Shown piece by piece: positions 16,071-33,300 of a DNA stretch of 64,000 nt. Location of the stretch: NCBI GenBank assembly GCA_964016885.1, contig OZ024743.1, positions 175,398,001-175,462,000 on the forward strand, read 5' to 3'. The translations under genes and the position numbers were made by a program. The stretch is from Eledone cirrhosa. Taxonomy: Eukaryota. Position 1 is the stretch's first letter. The number at the start of each line of letters is the position of its first letter. A model generated the notes under the pieces. The model was not told the DNA's origin. It made no database searches and worked only from the letters and a program-made list of their open reading frames with translations.

Positions 16071-19000
16071 ACTACCTCTGTCACTACCACTACTACCACC
16101 ACTACCTCTGTCACTACCACTACTGACACCACTACCTCTGTCACTACCACTACTACCACCACTACCTCTGTCACTACCACTACTTCCACCACTACCTCTG
16201 TCACTACCACTACTGACACCCCTACCTCTGTCACTAACACTACTGACACCCCTACCTCTGTCACTACCACTCCTGACACCACAACTTCTGTCACTACCAC
16301 TACTGACACCACTACCTCTGTCACTACCACTACTGACACCACTACCTCTGTCACTACCACTACTGACACCCCTACCTCTGTGACTACCAGTACTGACACC
16401 ACTACGACTCTCACTACCACTACTGACACCCCTACCTCTGTCACTATCACTACTACCACCACTACCTCTGTCACTACCACTACTGACACCACTACCTCTG
16501 TCACTACCAGTACTGACACCACTACCACTCTCACTACCACTACTGACACCCCTACCTCTGTCACTACCACTACTGACACCACTACCTCTGTCACTACCAC
16601 TACTGAGACCACTACCTCTGTTACTACCACTACTGACACCACTACCTCTGTCACTACCACTACTGACACCACTACCTCTGTCACTATCACTACTGACACC
16701 ACTACCTCTGTCACTGCCACTACTGACACCCCTACCTCTGTCACTACCAGTACTGACACCACTACGACTCTCACTACCACTACTGACACCCCTACCTCTG
16801 TCACTATCACTACTACCACCACTACCTCTGTCACTACCACTACTGACACCACTACCTCTGTCACTACCACTACTGACACCCCTACCTCTGTCACTACCAC
16901 TACTGACACCACTACCTCTGTCACTACCACTACTGACACCCCTACCTCTGTTACTACCACTACTACCACCACTACCTCTGTCACTACCACTACTGACACC
17001 ACTACCTCTGTAACTATCACTACTGACACCACTACCTCTGTCACTACCACTACTGACACCACTACCTCTGTCACTACCACTACTACCACCACTACCTCTG
17101 TCACGACCACTACTGACACCACTACCTCTGTCACTACCACTACTGACACCACTACCTCTGTCACTACCACTACTGACACCACTACCTCTGTTACTACCAC
17201 TACTACCACCACTACCTCTGTCACTACCACTACTGACACCACTACCTCTGTCACTACCACTACTGACACCACTACCTCTGTCACTACCACTACTACCACC
17301 ACTACCTCTGTCACTACCAATACTGACATCACTACCTCTGTCACTACCACTACTATCACCACTACCTCTGTCACTACCACTACTGACACCACTACCTCTG
17401 TCACTACCACTACTGACACCACTACCTCTGTCACTACCACTACTACCACCACTACCTCTGTCACTACCACTACTGACACCATTACCTCTGTCACTACCAC
17501 TACTGAAACCACTACCTCTGTCACTACCACTACTGACACCACTACCTCTGTCACTACCACTACTGACACCCCTACCTCTGTCACTACCACTACTGACACC
17601 ACTACCTCTGTCACTACCACTACTACCACCACTACCTCTGTCACTACCACCACTACCACCACTACCTCTGTCACTACCTCTACTGACACCCCTACCTCTG
17701 GCACTACCACTACTGACACCACTACCTCTGTCACTACCACTACTGACACCACTACCTCTGTTACTCCCAGTACTACCACAACTACCTCTGTCACTACCAC
17801 TATTGACACCACTACCTCTCTCACTACCACTACTACCACCACTACCTCTGTCACTACCACTACTGACCCCACTACCTCTGTCACTACCACTACTGACACC
17901 ACTACCTCTGTCACTACCACTACTGACACCACTACCTCTGTCACTCCCAGTACTACCACCACTACCTCTGTCACTACCACTACTTGCCTCACTACCTCTG
18001 TCACTACCACTACTGACATCACTACATCTGTCACTACCACTACTGACACCACTACCTCTGGCACTACCACTACTGACACCACTACCTCTGTCACTACCAC
18101 TACTGACACCCCTACCTCTGTTACTACCACTACTGACACCACTACCTCTGTACTACCACTACTACCACCACTACCTCTGTCACTACCACTACTGACACCA
18201 CTACCTCTGTCACTACCACTACTGACACTCCTACCTCTAACACTACCACTACTACCACCACTACCTCTGTCACTACCACTACTGACACCACAACCTCTGT
18301 CACTACCACTACTGACACCACTACCTCTTTCAATACCACTACTACCACCACTACCTCTGTCACTACCACTACTGACACCACTACCTCTGTCACTACCACT
18401 ACTGACACCCCTACCTCTGTCACTACCACTACTACCACCACTACCTCTGTCACTACCACCACTACCACCACTACCTCTGTCACTACCACTACTGACACCC
18501 CTACCTCTGGCACTACCACTACTGACACCACTACCTCTATCACTACCACTACTGAGACCACTACCTCTGTCACTACCACTACTGACACCACTACCTCTGT
18601 CACTACCACTACTACCACCACTACCTCTGTCACTACCACTACTGACACCACTACCTCTGTCACTACCACTACTATCACCACTACCTCTGTCACTACCACT
18701 ACTGACACCACTACCTCTGTCACTACCACTACTGACACCACTACCTCTGTCACTACCACTACTACCACCACTACCTCTTTCACTACCACTACTGACACCA
18801 CTACCTCTGTCACTACCACTACTGACACCACTACCTCTGTCACTACCACTACTGACACCACTACCTCTGGCACTACCACTACTGACACCACTACCTCTGT
18901 CACTAACACTACTACCACCACTACCTCTGTCACTACCACTACTGACACCACTACCTCTGTCACTACCACTACTGACACCCCTACCTCTGTCACTACCACT

Positions 19001-22000
19001 ACTGACACCCCTACCTCTGTCACTACCACTACTGACACCATTACCTCTGTCACAACCACTACTGACACCTCTACCTCTGTCACTACCATTACTGACACCA
19101 TTACCTATGTCACTAAAACTACTACCACCACTACCTCTGTCACAACCACTACTGACACCACTACCTCTGTCACTACCACTACTGACACCACTACCTCTGT
19201 AACTACCACTACTGACACCATTACCTCTGTCACTACCACTACTGACACCACTACCTCTGTCACTACCACTACTGACACCACTACCTCTGTCACTACCACT
19301 ACTACCACCACTACCTCTGTCACAACCACTACTGACACCACTACCTCTGTCACTACCACTACTGACACCATTACCTCTGTCACTACCACTACTACCACCA
19401 CTACCTCTGTCACAACCACTACTGACACCACTACCTCTGTCACTACCACTACTGACACCACTACCTCTGTCACTACCACTACTGACACCACTACCTCTGT
19501 CACTACCACTACTGCCACCACTACCTCTATCACTACCACTACTGACACCACTACCTCTGTCACTACCACTAATGACACCACTACCTCTGTCACTACCACT
19601 ACTGACACCCCTACCTCTGTCACTACCACTATTGACACCACTACCTCTGTCTCTACCACTACTACCACCACTACCTCTGTCGCTACCACTACTGACACCA
19701 CTACCTCTGTCACTCCCAGTACTACCACAACTACCTCTGTCACTACCACTATTGACACCACTACCTCTGTCACGACCACTACTGACACCACTACCTCTGT
19801 CACTACCACTACTGACACCACTACCTCTGTCTCTACCACTACTGACACCACTACCTCTGTTACTACCACTACTACCACCACTACCTCTGTCACTACCACT
19901 ACTGACACCACTACCTCTGTCACTACCACTACTGACACCACTACCTCTGTCACTACCACTACTACCACCACTACCTCTGTCACTACCAATACTGACATCA
20001 CTACCTCTGTCACTACCACTACTATCACCACTACCTCTGTCACTACCACTACTGACACCACTACCTCTGTCACTACCACTACTGACACCACTACCTCTGT
20101 CACTACCACTACTACCACCACTACCTCTGTCACTACCACTACTGACACCATTACCTCTGTCACTACCACTACTGAAACCACTACCTCTGTCACTACCACT
20201 ACTGACACCACTACCTCTGTCACTACCACTACTGACACCCCTACCTCTGTCACTACCACTACTGACACCACTACCTCTGTCACTACCACTACTACCACCA
20301 CTACCTCTGTCACTACCACCACTACCACCACTACCTCTGTCACTACCACTACTGACACCCCTACCTCTGGCACTACCACTACTGACACCACTACCTCTGT
20401 CACTACCACTACTGACACCACTACCTCTGTCACTCCCAGTACTACCACAACTACCTCTGTCACTACCACTATTGACACCACTACCTCTCTCACTACCACT
20501 ACTACCACCACTACCTCTGTCACTACCACTACTGACACCACTACCTCTGTCACTACCACTACTGACACCACTACCTCTGTCACTCCCAGTACTACCACCA
20601 CTACCTCTGTCACTACCACTACTTGCCTCACTACCTCTGTCACTACCACTACTGACATCACTACATCTGTCACTACCACTACTGACACCACTACCTCTGG
20701 CACTACCACTACTGACACCACTACCTCTGTCACTACCACTACTGACACCCCTACCTCTGTTACTACCACTACTGACACCACTACCTCTGTCACTACCACT
20801 ACTACCACCACTACCTCTGTCACTACCACTACTGACACCACTACCTCTGTCACTACCACTACTGACACCACTACCTCTGTCACTACCACTACTACCACCA
20901 CTACCTCTGTCACTACCACTACTGACACCATTACCTCTGTCACAACCACTACTGACACCTCTACCTCTGTCACTACCATTACTGACACCATTACCTATGT
21001 CACTAAAACTACTACCACCACTACCTCTGTCACAACCACTACTGACACCACTACCTCTGTCACTACCACTACTGACACCACTACCTCTGTAACTACCACT
21101 ACTGACACCATTACCTCTGTCACTACCACTACTGACACCACTACCTCGGTCACTACCACTACTGACACCACTACCTCTGTCACTACCACTACTACCACCA
21201 CTACCTCTGTCACAACCACTACTGACACCACTACCTCTGTCACTACCACTACTGACACCATTACCCCTGTCACTACCACTACTACCACCACTACCTCTGT
21301 CACAACCACTACTGACACCACTACCTCTGTCACTACCACTACTGACACCACTACCTCTGTCACTACCACTACTGACACCACTACCTCTGTCACTACCACT
21401 ACTGCCACCACTACCTCTATCACTACCACTACTGACACCACTACCTCTGTCACTACCACTACTGACACCACTACCTCTGTCACTACCACTACTGACACCC
21501 CTACCTCTGTCACTATCACTATTGACACCACTACCTCTGTCTCTACCACTACTACCACCACTACCTCTGTCGCTACCACTACTGACACCACTACCTCTGT
21601 CACTCCCAGTACTACCACAACTACCTCTGTCACTACCACTATTGACACCACTACCTCTGTCACTACCACTACTACCACCACTACCTCTGTCACTACCACT
21701 ACTGACACCACTACCTCTGTCACTACCACTACTGACACCACTACCTCTGTCACTACCACTACTGACACCACTACCTCTGTTACTACCACTACTACCACCA
21801 CTACCTCTGTCACTACCACTACTGACACCACTACCTCTGTCACTACCACTACTGACACCACTACCTCTGTCACTACCACTACTGACACCCCTACCTCTGG
21901 CACTACCACTACTGACACCACTACCTCTGTCACTACCACTACTACCACCACTACCTCTGTCACTACCAATACTGACATCACTACCTCTGTCACTACCACT

Positions 22001-24399
22001 ACTATCACCACTACCTCTGTCACTACCACTACTGACACCACTACCTCTGTCACTACCACTACTGACACCACTACCTCTGTCACTACCACTACTACCACCA
22101 CTACCTCTGTCACTACCACTACTGACACCATTACCTCTGTCACTACCACTACTGAAACCACTACCTCTGTCACTACCACTACTGACACCACTACCTCTGT
22201 CACTACCACTACTGACACCACTACCTCTGTCACTACCACTACTACCACCACTACCTCTGTCACTACCACCACTACCACCACTACCTCTGTCACTACCTCT
22301 ACTGACACCCCTACTTCTGGCACTACCACTACTGACACCACTACCTCTGTCACTACCACTACTGACACCACTACCTCTGTCACTCCCAGTACTACCACAA
22401 CTACCTCTGTCACTACCACTATTGACACCACTACCTCTCTCACTACCACTACTACCACCACTACCTCTGTCACTACCACTACTGACACCACTACCTCTGT
22501 CACTACCACTACTGACACCACTACCTCTGTCACTCCCAGTACTACCACAACTACCTCTGTCACTACCACTATTGACACCACTACCTCTCTCACTACCACT
22601 ACTACCACCACTACCTCTCTCACTACCACTACTGACACCACTACCTCTGTCACTACCACTACTGACACCACTACCTCTGTCTCTACCACTACTGACACCA
22701 CTACCTCTGTCACTACCACTACTGACACCACTACCTCTGTCACTCCCAGTACTACCACCACTACCTCTGTCACTACCACTACTTGCCTCACTACCTCTGT
22801 CACTACCACTACTGACATCACTACATCTGTCACTACCACTACTGACACCACTACCTCTGGCACTACCACTACTGACACCACTACCTCTGTCACTACCACT
22901 ACTGACACCCCTACCTCTATTACTACCACTACTGACACCACTACCTCTGTCACTACCACTACTACCACCACTACCTCTGTCACTACCACTACTGACACCA
23001 CTACCTCTGTCACTACCACTACTGACACCACTACCTCTGTCACTACCACTACTACCACCACTACCTCTGTCACTACCACTACTGACACCACTACCTCTGT
23101 CACTACCACTACTGACACCCCTACCTCTAACACTACCACTACTATCACCACTACCTCTGTCACTACCACTACTGACACCACAACCTCTGTCACTACCACT
23201 ACCGACACCACTACCTCTTTCACTACCACTACTACCACCACTACCTCTGTCACTACCACTACTGACACCACTACCTCTGTCACTACCACTACTGACACCC
23301 CTACCTCTGTCACTACCACTACTGACACCACTACCTCTGTCACTACCACTACTACCACCACTACCTCTGTCACTACCACCACTACCACCACTACCTCTGT
23401 CACTACCACTACTGACACCCCTACCTCTGGCACTACCACTACTGACACCACTACCTCTATCACTACCACTACTGAGACCACTACCTCTGTCACTACCACT
23501 ACTGACACCACTACCTCTGTCACTACCACTACTACCACCACTACCTCTGTCACTACCACTACTGACACCACTACCTCTGTCACTACCACTACTATCACCA
23601 CTACCTCTGTCACTACCACTACTGACACCACTACCTCTGTCACTACCACTACTGACACCACTACCTCTGTCACTACCACTACTACCACCACTACCTCTTT
23701 CACTACCACTACTGACACCACTACCTCTGTCACTACCACTACTGACACCACTACCTCTGTCACTACCACTACTGACACCACTACCTCTGGCACTACCACT
23801 ACTGACACCACTACCTCTGTCACTAACACTACTACCACCACTACCTCTGTCACTACCACTACTGACACCACTACCTCTGTCACTACCACTACTGACACCC
23901 CTACCTCTGTCACTACCACTACTGACACCCCTACCTCTGTCACTACCACTACTGACACCATTACCTCTGTCACAACCACTACTGACACCTCTACCTCTGT
24001 CACTACCATTACTGACACCATTACCTATGTCACTAAAACTACTACCACCACTACCTCTGTCACAACCACTACTGACACCACTACCTCTGTCACTACCACT
24101 ACTGACACCACTACCTCTGTAACTACCACTACTGACACCATTACCTCTGTCACTACCACTACTGACACCACTACCTCTGTCACTACCACTACTGACACCA
24201 CTACCTCTGTCACTACCACTACTACCACCACTACCTCTGTCACAACCACTACTGACACCACTACCTCTGTCACTACCACTACTGACACCATTACCTCTGT
24301 CACTACCACTACTACCACCACTACCTCTGTCACAACCACTACTGACACCACTACCTCTGTCACTACCACTACTGACACCACTACCTCTGTCACTACCAC

Positions 24400-27300
24400 T
24401 ACTGACACCACTACCTCTGTCACTACCACTACTGCCACCACTACCTCTATCACTACCACTACTGACACCACTACCTCTGTCACTACCACTACTGACACCA
24501 CTACCTCTGTCACTACCACTACTGACACCCCTACCTCTGTCACTACCACTATTGACACCACTACCTCTGTCTCTACCACTACTACCACCACTACCTCTGT
24601 CGCTACCACTACTGACACCACTACCTCTGTCACTCCCAGTACTACCACAACTACCTCTGTCACTACCACTATTGACACCACTACCTCTGTCACTACCACT
24701 ACTACCACCACTACCTCTGTCACTACCACTACTGACACCACTACCTCTGTCACTACCACTACTGACACCACTACCTCTGTCACTACCACTACTGACACCC
24801 CTACCTCTGGCACTACCACTACTGACACCCTTACCTCTGTCACTACCACTACTGACACCCCTACCTCTGTTACTACCACTACTGACACCACTACCTCTGT
24901 CACTACCACTACTACCACCACTACCTCTGTCACTACCACTACTGACACCACTACCTCTGTCACTACCACTACTGACACCACTACCTCTGTCACTACCACT
25001 ACTACCACCACTACCTCTGTCACTACCACTACTGACACCACTACCTCTGTCACTACCACTACTGACAACCCTACCTCTAACACTACCACTACTACAACCA
25101 CTACCTCTGTCACTACCACTACTGACACCACTACCTCTGTCACTACCAATACTGACAGCACTACCTCTGTCACTACGACTACTATCACCACTACCTCTGT
25201 CACTACCACTACTGACACCACTACCTCTGTCACTACCACTACTGACACCACTACCTCTGTCACTACCACTACTACCACCACTACCTCTGTCACTACCACT
25301 ACTGACACCATTACCTCTGTCACTACCACTACTGAAACCTCTACCTCTGTCACTACCACTACTGACACCACTACCTCTGTCACTACCACTACTGACACCC
25401 CTACCTCTGTCACTACCACTACTGACACCACTACCTCTGTCACTGCCACTACTACCACCACTACCTCTGTCACTACCACCACTACCACCACTACCTCTGT
25501 CACTACCTCTACTGACACCCCTACCTCTGGCACTACCACTACTGACACCACTACCTCTGTCACTACCACTACTGACACCACTACCTCTGTCACTCCCAGT
25601 ACTACCACAACTACCTCTGTCACTACCACTATTGACACCACTACCTCTCTCACTACCACTACTACCACCACTACCTCTGTCACTACCACTACTGACACCA
25701 CTACCTCTGTCACTACCACTACTGACACCACTACCTCTGTCACTCCCAGTACTACCACAACTACCTCTGTCACTACCACTATTGACACCACTACCTCTCT
25801 CACTACCACTACTACCACCACTACCTCTGTCACTACCACTACTTGCCTCACTACCTCTGTCACTACCACTACTGACATCACTACATCTGTCACTACCACT
25901 ACTGACACCCCTACCTCTGGCACTACCACTACTGACACCACTACCTCTGTCACTACCACTACTGACACCCCTACCTCTGTTACTACCACTACTGACACCA
26001 CTACCTCTGTCACTACCACTATACCACCACTACCTCTGTCACTACCACTACTGACACCACTACCTCTGTCACTACCACTACTGACACCACTACCTCTGTC
26101 ACTACCACTACTACCACCACTACCTCTGTCACTACCACTACTGACACCACTACCTCTGTCACTACCACTACTGACACCCCTACCCCTAACACTACCACTA
26201 ATACCACCACTACCTCTGTCACTACCACTACTAACACCCCTACCTCTGTCACTACCACTACTGACACCACTACCTCTTTCACTACCACTACTACCACCAC
26301 TACCTCTGTCACTACCACTACTGACACCACTACCTCTGTCACTACCACTACTGACACCCCTACCTCTGTAACTACCACTACTGACACCACTACCTCTGTC
26401 ACTACCACTACTACCACCACTACCTCTGTCACTACCACCACTACCACCACTACCTCTGTCACTACCACTACTGACACCCCTACCTCTAGCACTACCACTA
26501 CTGACACCACTACCTCTATCACTACCACTACTGAGACCACTACCTCTGTCACTACCACTACTGACACCACTACCTCTGTCACTACCACTACTACCACCAC
26601 TACCTCTGTCACTACCACTACTGACACCACTACCTCTGTCACTACCACTACTATCACCACTACCTCTGTCACTACCACTACTGACACCACTACCTCTGTC
26701 ACTACCACTACTGACACCACTACCTCTGTCACTACCACTACTACCACCACTACCTCTGTCACTACCACTACTGACACCACTACCTCTGTCACTACCACTA
26801 CTGACACCACTACCTCTGTCACTACCACTACTGACACCCCTACCTCTGGCACTACCACTACTGACACCACTACCTCTGTCACTACCACTACTACCACCAC
26901 TACCTCTGTCACTACCACTACTGACACCACTACCTCTGTCACTACCACTACTGACACCCCTACCTCTGTCACTACCACTACTGACACCATTACCTCTGTC
27001 AACCACTACTGACACCTCTACCTCTGTCACTACCATTACTGACACCATTACCTATGTCACTAAAACTACTACCACCACTACCTCTGTCACAACCACTACT
27101 GACACCACTACCTCTGTCACTATCACTACTGACACCACTACCTCTGTAACTACCACTACTGACACCATTACCTCTGTCACTACCACTACTGACACCACTA
27201 CCTCTCTCACTACCACTACTGACACCATTACCTCTGTCACTACCACTACTACCACCACTACCTCTGTCACAACCACTACTGACACCACTACCTCTGTCAC

Positions 27301-30300
27301 TACCACTACTGACACCATTACCTCTGTCACTACCACTACTACCACCACTACCTCTGTCACAACCACTACTGACACCACTACCTCTGTCACTACCACTACT
27401 GACACCACTACCTCTGTCACTACCACTACTGACACCACTACCTCTGTCACTACCACTACTGCCACCACTACCTCTATCACTACCACTACTGACACCACTA
27501 CCTCTGTCACTACCACTACTGACACCACTACCTCTGTCACTACCACTACTGACACCCCTACCTCTGTCACTACCTCTATTGACACCACTACCTCTGTCTC
27601 TACCACTACTACCACCACTACCTCTGTCGCTACCACTACTGACACCACTACCTCTGTCATTCCCAGTACTACCACAACTACCTCTGTCACTACCACTATT
27701 GACACCACTACCTCTGTCACTACCACTACTACCACCACTACCTCTGTCACTACCACTACTGACACCACTACCTCTGTCACTACCACTACTGACACCACTA
27801 CCTCTGTCACTACCACTACTGACACCCCTACCTCTGGCACTACCACTACTGACACCCTTACCTCTGTCACTACCACTACTGACACTCCTACCTCTGTTAC
27901 TACCACTACTGACACCACTACCTCTGTCACTACCACTACTACCACCACTACCTCTGTCACTACCACTACTGACACCACTACCTCTGTCACTACCACTACT
28001 GACACCACTACCTCTGTCACTACCACTACTACCACCACTATTTCTGTCACTACCACTACTGACACCACTACCTCTGTCACTACCACTACTGACACCCCTA
28101 CCTCTAACACTACCACTACTACCACCACTACCTCTGTCACTACCACTACTGACACCACAACCTCTGTCACTACCACTACTGACACCACTACCTCTGTCAC
28201 TACCACCACTACCACCACTACCTCTGTCACTACCACTACTGACACCCCTACCTCTGGCACTACCACTACTGACACCACTACCTCTGTCAATACCAATACT
28301 GACACCCCTACCTCTGGCACTACCACTACTGACACCACTACCTCTGTCACTACCACTACTGACACCCCTACCTCTGTCACTACCAATACTGACACCCCTA
28401 CCTCTGTCACTACCACTACTGACACCCCTAACTCTGTCACTACCACTACTGACACCACTACCTCTGTCACTACCACTACTACCACCACTACCTCTCTCAC
28501 TACCACTATTGACACCACTACCTCTGTCACTACCACTATTGACACCACTACCTCTGTCACTACCACTACTGACACCCCTACCTCTGTCACTACCACTACT
28601 ACCACCACTACCACTGTCACTACCACTACTACCACCACTACCTCTCTCACTACCACTATTGACACCACTACCTCTGTCACTACCACTATTGACACCACTA
28701 CCTCTGTCACTACCACTACTGACACCCCTACCTCTCTCACTACCACTACTGACACCACTACCTCTGGCACTACCACTACTGACACCACTACCTCTGTCAC
28801 TACCACTACGGACACCACTACCTCTGTCACTACCACTACTGACACCACTACCTCTGTCACTACCACTACTGACACCACTATCTCTGTCACTACCACTACT
28901 GACACCCCTACCTCTGTCACTACCACTTCTGCCACCACTACCTCTGTCACTACCACTACTGACACCACTACCTCTGTCACTACCACTACTGACACCACTA
29001 CCTCTGTCACTACCACTACTGACACCACTACCTCTGTCACTACCACTACTGACACCCCTACCTCTAACACTACCACTACTACCACCACTACCTCTGTCAC
29101 TACCACTACTGACACCACAACCTCTGTCACTACCACTACCGACACCACTACCTCTTTCACTACCACTACTACCACCACTACCTCTGTCACTACCACTACT
29201 GACACCACTACCTCTGTCACTACCACTACTGACACCCCTACCTCTGTCACTACCACTACTGACACCACTACCTCTGTCACTACCACTACTACCACCACTA
29301 CCTCTGTCACTACCACCACTACCACCACTACCTCTGTCTCTACCACTACTGACACCCCTACCTCTGGCACTACCACTACTGACACCACTACCTCTATCAC
29401 TACCACTACTGAGACCACTACCTCTGTCACTACCACTACTGACACCACTACCTCTGTCACTACCACTACTACCACCACTACCTCTGTCACTACCACTACT
29501 GACACCACTACCTCTGTCACTACCACTACTATCACCACTACCTCTGTCACTACCACTACTGACACCACTACCTCTGTCACTACCACTACTGACACCACTA
29601 CCTCTGTCACTACCACTACTACCACCACTACCTCTTTCACTACCACTACTGACACCACTACCTCTGTCACTACCACTACTGACACCACTACCTCTGTCAC
29701 TACCACTACTGACACCACTACCTCTGGCACTACCACTACTGACACCACTACCTCTGTCACTAACACTACTACCACCACTACCTCTGTCACTACCACTACT
29801 GACACCACTACCTCTGTCACTACCACTACTGTCACCCCTACCTCTGTCACTACCACTACTGACACCCCTACCTCTGTCACTACCACTACTGACACCATTA
29901 CCTCTGTCACAACCACTACTGACACCTCTACCTCTGTCACTACCATTACTGACACCATTACCTATGTCACTAAAACTACTACCACCACTACCTCTGTCAC
30001 AACCACTACTGACACCACTACCTCTGTCACTACCACTACTGACACCACTACCTCTGTAACTACCACTACTGACACCATTACCTCTGTCACTACCACTACT
30101 GACACCACTACCTCTGTCACTACCACTACTGACACCACTACCTCTGTCACTACCACTACTACCACCACTACCTCTGTCACAACCACTACTGACACCACTA
30201 CCTCTGTCACTACCACTACTGACACCACTACCTCTGTCACTACCACTACTACCACCACTACCTCTGTCACAACCACTACTGACACCACTACCTCTGTCAC

Positions 30301-33300
30301 TACCACTACTGACACCACTACCTCTGTCACTACCACTACTGACACCACTACCTCTGTCACTACCACTACTGCCACCACTACCTCTATCACTACCACTACT
30401 GACACCACTACCTCTGTCACTACCACTACTGACACCACTACCTCTGTCACTACCACTACTGACACCCCTACCTCTGTCACTACCACTATTGACACCACTA
30501 CGTCTGTCTCTACCACTACTACCACCACTACCTCTGTCGCTACCACTACTGACACCGCTACCTCTGTCACTCCCAGTACTACCACAACTACCTCTGTCAC
30601 TACCACTATTGACACCACTACCTCTGTCACTACCACTACTACCACCACTACCTCTGTCACTACCACTACTGACACCACTACCTCTGTCACTACCACTACT
30701 GACACCACTACCTCTGTCACTACCACTACTGACACCCCTACCTCTGGCACTACCACTACTGACACCCTTACCTCTGTCACTACCACTACTGACACCCCTA
30801 CCTCTGTTACTACCACTACTGACACCACTACCTCTGTCACTACCACTACTACCACCACTACCTCTGTCACTACCACTACTGACACCACTACCTCTGTCAC
30901 TACCACTACTGACACCACTACCTCTGTCACTACCACTACTACCACCACTACCTCTGTCACTACTACTACTGACACCACTACCTCTGTCACTACCACTACT
31001 GACAACCCTACCTCTAACACTACCACTACTACCACCACTACCTCTGTCACTACCACTACTGACACCACTACCTCTGTCACTACCAATACTGACAGCACTA
31101 CCTCTGTCACTACGACTACTATCACCACTACCTCTGTCACTACCACTACTGACACCACTACCTCTGTCACTACCACTACTGACACCACTACCTCTGTCAC
31201 TACCACTACTACCACCACTACCTCTGTCACGACCACTACTGACACCATTACCTCTGTCACTACCACTACTGAAACCTCTACCTCTGTCACTACCACTACT
31301 GACACCACTACCTCTGTCACTACCACTACTGACACCCCTACCTCTGTCACTACCACTACTGACACCACTACCTCTGTCACTACCACTACTACCACCACTA
31401 CCTCTGTCACTACCACCACTACCACCACTACCTCTGTCACTACCTCTACTGACACCCCTACCTCTGGCACTACCACTACTGACACCACTACCTCTGTCAC
31501 TACCACTACTGACACCACTACCTCTGTCACTCCCAGTACTACCACAACTACCTCTGTCACTACCACTATTGACACCACTACCTCTCTCACTACCACTACT
31601 ACCACCACTACCTCTGTCACTACCACTACTGACACCACTACCTCTGTCACTACCACTACTGACACCACTACCTCTGTCACTCCCAGTACTACCACAACTA
31701 CCTCTGTCACTACCACTATTGACACCACTACCTCTCTCACTACCACTACTACCACCACTACCTCTGTCACTACCACTACTTGCCTCACTACCTCTGTCAC
31801 TACCACTACTGACACCACTACCTCTGTCACTACCACTACTACCACCACTACCTCTGTCACTACCACTACTGACACCATTACCTCTGTCACTACCACTACT
31901 GAAACCTCTACCTCTGTCACTACCACTACTGACACCACTACCTCTGTCACTACCACTACTGACACCCCTACCTCTGTCACTACCACTACTGACACCACTA
32001 CCTCTGTCACTACCACTACTACCACCACTACCTCTGTCACTACCACCACTACCACCACTACCTCTGTCACTACCTCTACTGACACCCCTACCTCTGGCAC
32101 TACCACTACTGACACCACTACCTCTGTCACTACCACTACTGACACCACTACCTCTGTCACTACCACCACTACCACCACTACCTCTGTCACTACCACTACT
32201 GACACCCCTACCTCTGGCACTACCACTACTGACACCACTACCTCTGTCACTACCACTACTGACACCACTACCTCTGTCACTCCCAGTACTACCACAACTA
32301 CCTCTGTCACTACCACTATTGACACCACTACCTCTCTCACTACCACTACTACCACCACTACCTCTGTCACTACCACTACTGACACCACTACCTCTGTCAC
32401 TACCACTACTGACACCACTACCTCTGTCACTCCCAGTACTACCACAACTACCTCTGTCACTACCACTATTGACACCACTACCTCTCTCACTACCACTACT
32501 ACCACCACTACCTCTGTCACTACCACTACTGACACCACTACCTCTGTCACTACCACTACTGACACCACTACCTCTGTCACTCCCAGTACTACCACCACTA
32601 CCTCTGTCACTACCACTACTTGCCTCACTACCTCTGTCACTACCACTACTGACATCACTACATCTGTCACTACCACTACTGACACCACTACCTCTGGCAC
32701 TACCACTACTGACACCACTACCTCTGTCACTACCACTACTGACACCCCTACCTCTGTTACTACCACTACTGACACCACTACCTCTGTCACTACCACTACT
32801 ACCACCACTACCTCTGTCACTACCACTACTGACACCACTACCTCTGTCACTACCACTACTGACACCACTACCTCTGTCACTACCACTACTACCACCACTA
32901 CCTCTGTCACTACCACTACTGACACCATTACCTCTGTCACAACCACTACTGACACCTCTACCTCTGTCACTACCATTACTGACACCATTACCTATGTCAC
33001 TAAAACTACTACCACCACTACCTCTGTCACAACCACTACTGACACCACTACCTCTGTCACTACCACTACTGACACCACTACCTCTGTAACTACCACTACT
33101 GACACCATTACCTCTGTCACTACCACTACTGATACCACTACCTCTGTCACTACCACTACTGACACCACTACCTCTGTCACTACCACTACTACCACCACTA
33201 CCTCTGTCACAACCACTACTGACACCACTACCTCTGTCACTACCACTACTGACACCATTACCTCTGTCACTACCACTACTACCACCACTACCTCTGTCAC

